From Flectonema sp. DT1601 (lineage: Eukaryota), in NCBI GenBank assembly GCA_964019425.1, contig OZ025802.1, positions 1,178,001 through 1,232,644 on the forward strand: 54,644 bases of DNA. Direction: 5' to 3'. The notes beneath the pieces were generated by a model, which saw only the letters and a program-made list of their open reading frames with translations, was not told the origin of the DNA and made no database searches. Positions 48,392 through 54,644 of this stretch are shown here, in pieces (within the stretch, counting starts at the first letter, position 1; every line of letters starts with the position of its first letter). The position numbers and the translations under genes are program-made.

Positions 48392-50758
48392 ATGTTTCAT
48401 ATGGATCCCGCCCTATTACAGTTCGCATCGAATCCAATAGGTGGAAGTAATAAAATAATATCAGGTAGTGGAGGTAGACTGCAAGTCGTAGAAGCTCAAA
48501 GTCAGATTCACCCTATTGAAAATGACATCCCTCGGAGAATACCACTCAGAAAAATAAGACGACGTAAAGAAGCAGTAACTGACACTCAGGTAGCTCTTCG
48601 AATGCTTGCGAAGACAAGAGAAGAGATGATTGGAATTTCAAAACATCTTCCTTCATTGGAAGAGAGAGACGCTTGGGGATACAAATCAAATAAAGACAAC
48701 AATCAATTAGAACTAACTTCTTCAATAACAACTGCAGGTATGGGAACACGAAAACCACCAATGCTCAACATGATGGAACACTTGACTATTACGGGTCTTT
48801 CTCATTTGAATTCTTTATATAAAAATAGTGACTTTAATCTATTACCAATATCACATGTTGAGAGTAAGGATGAGGATTGGTCAGCAGTGGCATTGTCTCT
48901 TGTTACTCTGCGGGATACGACTAGCGACTTACCAACTGAAGCTGCTTTGAAAATGCTTGTCAACGATCAACAAGAAGATCAAAATAATAATAATGAAACT
49001 GAAAAAGATGTCAAACCGGAGGAAGGAACCGAACTTGACTACCGTTGTAAACGTTTAGAAGTCTTTAGAAGGATGACTCGGATATTTACGTCTGCTTTTA
49101 AAACCTACAGACCACTTCTATCATGGGTGTTCACAGAGTATGAAAGTTATTTTAGTTTATTGACTTCGACAATACAATCTCTCCAACAGAGAGTTCAACT
49201 TTCAGTTACAAAGATTTCAGCACTTAAGCTACAACTTCAAACAAAGGAATCTGCCAACACTAACATACTAAAGGCAAAGGAACGTTCGATAGGTTTGCTT
49301 CAAAGAAAATGTGATAGGCTGATGATAGAAAATGCTAAAGTAGGTCGAATATACACTCAGAATAAAGATCATATTAAATCGTTGCAGGAAAACGCTGCCG
49401 ATCTCGAAGAAGTAAAAACGTATTTGCAAAAACAAGTTTCAAAATTGGAACGAAAATTGCACGACGAACAACACCAACAAGAGAAAGAGATGAGAGCAAA
49501 GCTCGCTAACGACTTAGACAGGACGATTAAACAACTAACTGACTTACGGAGACTACATGAAGTCATTCTGAAAGAAAATCGTTTCTACAAAGAAAAATTC
49601 GAAACAATCCAAAAACAAAATGAGAAAGCTGATGAAGAGCAAGACAACGAAGAGAAAAGCGACACTCCGAGACCAAATTGGAGTGAAACCTCCCTTCAGG
49701 GGATTGAGTGGAAGGGAAATACTGCTGCAACAGTTCTTTCAATGGGTTCACAGATTCAAGAGATGACTCAAAAACTGTGTTGTGAATCCAACAGTTGTGA
49801 AATATTAAATCGTCGATACATTCTCGGTCTTGGTCTCGGTAGTAATGTCCAACCGAGTTTCTTACGATTTCAAGGAAGGTTAATAAACTTAAAACTATCA
49901 AAATCTAAAGTCGAACAAGCGATCAAACAATTCTGGAGAGAGAAAGACCGCTGTGAAGACACGAGATCATTCAGTCCGGCAGCTTTCTTTCCGATGTTTA
50001 TATCAGACAGATATGGACCAGCAAAGGCAATGGAAATGCTTTATAATATGTGGTATTCCCTTCAGAAATATAAAGCTGATCCTGACTGTGGTCTTCTTTA
50101 TAAGATACTCGGAGGATCCGTAGATGAGGTCGTGTGGAGGGAACAGACTCGATTAGTTTATTATTTGAGAGAAGTTTTGTGTGGAGCTGACGAAGACTCA
50201 ACAGAGATGTTGGATATCACGGAAATCATGGCCGCTACTAAAAATGTTTTTCCAACCAAAGAAGAATCCTCATTCAGAGTTCTTGAAATAGCTTTGAGAG
50301 ATAGCTGTTCAGAAAACAGTACTGACATTCCTTATTTAAAATTATTTGATGAGGACTCGGAGTGTAATCAATCAGCTTTCATTGAAACCCTTCGAACACA
50401 ACACATCATTGAGAGAGATGAATATTTAAATGAAATAGAAGACTCTCTCATTGGACATGATGATGCCAGTGATGGAATCATTTCCATACCTGAAATGATA
50501 AATGCAATTCGTGCAGTAGACGACACTCCTGATGATGCTCTCAACGTTCTGATCTCCAGAGCCTTTGGAATCGATAAAGACAAAGATCACATGAAATCTA
50601 CTTCTTCAATATTATGTTCTCTAAGTGATGTCGTTGCTCGTCTTAAAACCGGAAATGTAAAACGCTATTCAAAAAAACGCCAACCCGCTCCACCAGAAGA
50701 CTCGAGCAGGAAAAATAGCGAAATGAAAACAGCTGACAAAGAGACTATTCTAACGTAA
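48392..50758 (+). CDS. TSNAXIP1-like (translin-associated factor X-interacting protein 1) coiled-coil protein, 788 aa
   Basis: RLEVFR..F...FKTYRPLLS....EYE; TPRP.W; GLGLG..V..FLRFQG...N..LSK; YSL.KY..D.DC.L..KIL.G; degenerate EF-like C-terminus. Confidence 0.85.
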   Translation: MFHMDPALLQFASNPIGGSNKIISGSGGRLQVVEAQSQIHPIENDIPRRIPLRKIRRRKEAVTDTQVALRMLAKTREEMIGISKHLPSLEERDAWGYKSNKDNNQLELTSSITTAGMGTRKPPMLNMMEHLTITGLSHLNSLYKNSDFNLLPISHVESKDEDWSAVALSLVTLRDTTSDLPTEAALKMLVNDQQEDQNNNNETEKDVKPEEGTELDYRCKRLEVFRRMTRIFTSAFKTYRPLLSWVFTEYESYFSLLTSTIQSLQQRVQLSVTKISALKLQLQTKESANTNILKAKERSIGLLQRKCDRLMIENAKVGRIYTQNKDHIKSLQENAADLEEVKTYLQKQVSKLERKLHDEQHQQEKEMRAKLANDLDRTIKQLTDLRRLHEVILKENRFYKEKFETIQKQNEKADEEQDNEEKSDTPRPNWSETSLQGIEWKGNTAATVLSMGSQIQEMTQKLCCESNSCEILNRRYILGLGLGSNVQPSFLRFQGRLINLKLSKSKVEQAIKQFWREKDRCEDTRSFSPAAFFPMFISDRYGPAKAMEMLYNMWYSLQKYKADPDCGLLYKILGGSVDEVVWREQTRLVYYLREVLCGADEDSTEMLDITEIMAATKNVFPTKEESSFRVLEIALRDSCSENSTDIPYLKLFDEDSECNQSAFIETLRTQHIIERDEYLNEIEDSLIGHDDASDGIISIPEMINAIRAVDDTPDDALNVLISRAFGIDKDKDHMKSTSSILCSLSDVVARLKTGNVKRYSKKRQPAPPEDSSRKNSEMKTADKETILT

Positions 50759-51147
50759 CAAATGATAAGTTGTGGTGGAATGTTGTCTTTCGTTTCCTTA
50801 TTCTTATTCTTGTTTATTTTATTTTATTTACAAAGTCATCCGTATTGCCCGCTGTTTGCGTTCTTCAGAATGTTTTCACATTATCTGAGTTCATTCCTAC
50901 ACACGTGATGGAGTTTATATTTCTTTTACGTAATCATCCACTACTTCCCTTCTTTGGAATGTTTTCACATCCAACTGGAGAGGACTAGTAGTGAGCTTCC
51001 GTCAGGCAATTACACCTATTCTCTTGTAGCATCTCTTTATGGTATTCTCTGTTACCCAACACTTGATTGCTCTGGTTTATTTATCTCATTTTTTAATATT
51101 TTGTTTTTTTTTATTTTATTCTCCCATTCGAATAGAATAGCAGCAAT

Positions 51148-52063
51148 ATGTCTCTTACCAAGAAATCAGATGTGAAGGTATTCGGAGGTATGGTAACAAA
51201 GTACACCCACAACAGTAGTGTTACTAATACGGAGATGACTTTCAGTATTTATATTCCTGAAGGTGGAGAAAAGATGCCAGTGATCTACTGGTTATCTGGT
51301 CTCACCTGCACGGATGATAACTTTAATATGAAATCAGGAGGTAACAAGTATGATTATTCTAAGTAAAAATATATTAAAAAAAAGAGAAGAAAAAAACAAA
51401 ACAAAACAAAACAGATACGCATCCGAACACAAGGTGATAATCGTAATGGCCGACACATCACCACGTGGAGCAGGTGTCGAAGGAGAAGATGACAGCTGGG
51501 ATTTCGGTTCTGGTGCTGGATTCTACGTCAATGCCACGACTGACGGTTATAAGAAGTATTACAACATGTTTGACTACGTCAACAAAGAACTCCCAGAGTT
51601 AGTTGAGGCTAACTTTCCAGTTATCGCTGGAGTGAAGAGTATTATGGGTCATTCTATGGGTGGACACGGGGCACTGATATCAGCGTTCAAGAATCCTGTT
51701 TACAAGTCGGTATCAGCCTTCGCTCCAATTACCAACCCTATTAAGTGCCCATGGGGACACAAAGCCTTTAAAGGTTACTTAGGATCCATTGAAGCTGGTG
51801 CAGATTATGACGCAACAGAATTGATGAAGAAAAATGGACCATTCGATGTTCCGATTCTTTGTGACGTTGGAACTGCTGACGGTTTTCTGTCGGGTGAAGT
51901 CGACCAACTCTTACCTGACAACTTCGACAACGCGTGCGCTGAGAAAAAGCAAAACTTAATCTCTCGCAAACACGAAGGATACGATCACTCATACTACTTC
52001 ATCTCTACTTTTATTGAGGAGCACATTAAATTCCACGCTAAGAACCTTCACGGGTCTAAGTAA
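51148..52063 (+). CDS. ESD: S-formylglutathione hydrolase / esterase D, 282 aa; exons 51148-51347 and 51415-52063
   Basis: WLSGLTCT, DTSPRG, WDFGSGAGFYVNAT, GHSMGGHGAL, GYDHSYYFISTF. Intron 51348-51414 joins the two ORFs as KSGGNK-YASEH. Confidence 0.97.
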
Positions 52064-52528
52064 GTATCTTTTCACGAAACATAAAAACTCCAAAACGGCC
52101 CAACTTGAGTACTAGTTTTCGTGATTGGTCTCAAGAAGGTGTACCCAAAGTACTACCTCAAAGTGAGCCTGAGACTTTTTCCAAGGGGAGCATTTCTTCT
52201 TTAAAACTGGAGAATATAAAAAAAAAGTCAAAACTGGGGGGAAAAAAAAGACAAAAAAAATAATGAAAAACAAACGATGTGTTTCTTTACACCAACAGAG
52301 TCGAAGTAAAGTCAAACGTTTTGTTGGCAGCTAAGACAGCAAAATGTAATAAAAAAAAAAAAAGAAAAAAAGAAAGATTAACAAAAGCTAACCAGATTAA
52401 CCGTTCGCATCCTTTTTATTTGCAACTTCCAAAAGTAGTTTGGTGAGTATTCGCTCCGAGAATTCCAATCTGAAAATTTTTCTAATTTCTTTTTTTTTTT
52501 TTTTACAATCCCAGAAAACTATAATAAA

Positions 52529-54002
52529 ATGGATGATAAATACGATGTTATAATTCTCGGAACTGGTCTCACAGAATGTGTTCTGAGTGGTCTGTTGGCA
52601 ACATCCGGTCAAAAATGTTTAGTTTTAGACCGCAATGAGTACTACGGAGGTGAGTCTGCATCACTTAGTCTCGAACAGTTATTTACAAAGTTCGGAAAGG
52701 GACAACCACCAACAAGTTTAGGAAGAAGTAGAGACTACAACGTAGATCTCGTCAACAAACTTCTCATGGCCAATGGAAAGCTGGTTAAGATGCTTCAGAA
52801 GACTGGTGTTACAAAATACAACACCGAATTCACTCTCATTGATGGATCTTTTGTCGTACATAAAAATAAAGTTTACAAAGTACCAGTTACCGAAAGAGAG
52901 GCTTTGAGCTCATCTCTGATGGGAATCTTTGAAAAGAGAAGATGTGCGAAGTTCTTTGGTTTTGTTCAGGAATATGATCAAAACAACCCAAAGACTCACA
53001 AAGGATATGATTTGAAAACTATGACTATGAGAGATTTATTTAATAAGTTCGGATTATCCGACAGCACTATCGATTTCGTCGGTCATGCGATCGCTCTACA
53101 GGTGTGAACACTTTTATTTAATTACCTTAAAAGAGAGTTATTATTTCGGGAAAAAAAAATCTTCTCAAAACAGGAAAAGCAATCCTTCATGGATGAACCA
53201 GCTCTAGCGACGGTCATGAAAATTAGACTGTACGAGGACTCCTTGATGTACGAAGATGTATGTGTTGGATACTGTTTTTATAACAATCACTTTTTTTTTG
53301 TATAAGAAAAGGAAGAAAGGAAAACTAAAACAGGCCAAAGCACCATACGTATACCCAGTCTACGGACTCGGTGAGCTCCCACAACTATTCGCTAGGTTGT
53401 GTGCTGTTCACGGAGGTACTTTCATGCTCGACAAACCAGTTGACAAAATCCACTACGACGAAAATGGAAAATTCGTTGGTGTTGAATCTGGTGGTAAAAT
53501 AGCAAAAGCAAACAAAGTAATTGGTGACCCAAGTTACTTCATTGACAAGGTTAATAAAATTGGTCAGACTATCAGATGTATTTGTTTGATGAATCATCCG
53601 ATTGCGAGTACAGCGAAGGAAGTAAAAGATGCCAAGAGTAGTCAAATTATTATATCTTCGAGAGAATTAAATCGTAAAACTGATATCTACATCACTTCTT
53701 TATCACACGTTCATCAGGTCGTACCAGATGGTATGTACTTAGCGCTGGTTAGTACTACAATTGAAACTAGTGAACCTGAGAGAGAGATTCAACCGGGTCT
53801 TCAGCTTCTTGGTGACGTTGTTGAGAAGTTCATTAGCATATCAGATGCTTACCATCCAAAGGGAGATGGAAGTGATGATAACGCTTTCATTTCTAAGTCT
53901 TATGACGCCTCTACTCATTTTGAAACTACTTCTGATGATATTCTCGATCTCTTCTACAGAGTCACAGGAACACATTTCGACTACACCAGCACTGAACAGT
54001 AA
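52529..54002 (+). CDS. GDI: Rab GDP dissociation inhibitor, 441 aa; exons 52529-53101, 53174-53257, 53334-54002
   Basis: YDVIILGTGLTECVLSGLL, DRNEYYGGESASL, PY.YP.YGLGELPQ.FARLCA.HGGTFML, SYDASTHFETT; two GT-AG introns (53102-53173, 53258-53333) keep the frame. Confidence 0.97.
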
Positions 54003-54644
54003 GCTCCTTCCAAATTAATACAACAAACTCCCTTTCCTTTTTTTATGCACGTCATCTTATTCTGGTCGAGTTTTTTGTGTATTTTCTTGTGACCTACTTT
54101 TGACAATAATCTCTTTCCAAACCTCTGCGTCGTTTCCTTTTTATAGCGTTCTGCGTGTACCTCAAAAAATATAATAAACATGTACTTTATTTTATCTTTT
54201 GTTTTTCCTTTATTTTTCTGGAGAGGTAAGGGCTGAACATTATCTGGAAAAAAAAGAAGAATAAAATAAAAAAAATAACTTCAATTGGTGTGGACACGAC
54301 CCGTGTGTTGCAGACTCTGTGTGTTTAGAGCTGTCTTGCTCGTGTTGAATTTGAGAGGAAAAAAAAAAAAAAAAAAAAAAATAAGAACGAAGAAAAAAAA
54401 AAAAAAAACAAAGATTCACTAAAAAAAAATTATTCAAAAAACGAGTTCTCTCCCTCCGAAAAACCTCTTTAAAAAAAAAGAAGAAAAAAAAAAAAAAACA
54501 AAGTGTATACTAAAAAAAACAACAAAAGGAAATATCTTAAATCCTTCGATTGTGTTCCAACGAGAGAGTTGATGAAAAACGCTAATCGCAATGACACTGA
54601 TTTGTTTTCAATCACAATTGATAACATTACTAAATTACAGTCTC

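Noticed and set aside
10374..50758. Apparent cilium-related cluster (TEDC1-like, dynein, TSNAXIP1-like)
   Set aside because: Interspersed with unrelated genes; ciliary genes are numerous in flagellates, so co-occurrence is expected.
54181..54191. tgtactttatt resembles the 3' end of the euglenozoan spliced leader
   Set aside because: Only 11 AT-rich bases match, with no upstream SL sequence or following GT donor.

Overview
Eukaryotic, AT-rich genomic DNA from a flagellated protist, most consistent with a euglenozoan (probably a diplonemid; inferred from gene organisation, not from a marker gene). All 16 credible protein-coding genes lie on the + strand, and most start codons follow a T-rich tract ending in AG that looks like a trans-splice acceptor. 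Genes: a partial ORF, a 4-repeat acidic protein, a 5-repeat Cys-motif type I membrane protein, a CCCH zinc-finger protein, a coiled-coil/Tudor-like protein, a possible TEDC1-like protein, a multi-B-box protein, an MLO-family membrane protein, a DUF4050-like gene with an in-frame TGA (missed by the ORF track), an outer-arm axonemal dynein heavy chain (about 4757 aa, 5 exons), a ZZ-like zinc-finger protein, an EF-hand protein, a LicD-family transferase, a TSNAXIP1-like protein, S-formylglutathione hydrolase and Rab GDI. Nine short cis-introns (62-87 nt) were reconstructed by hand. All have GT-N-TG donors and A/C-rich 3' ends with essentially no pyrimidine tract, in contrast to the T-rich acceptors upstream of start codons. 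That contrast, the in-frame-TGA gene and the MLO homolog are the most interesting observations. Intergenic DNA holds long A/T homopolymers, several short duplications and some hairpins. No prokaryote-type system (CRISPR, IS element, operon) is present.
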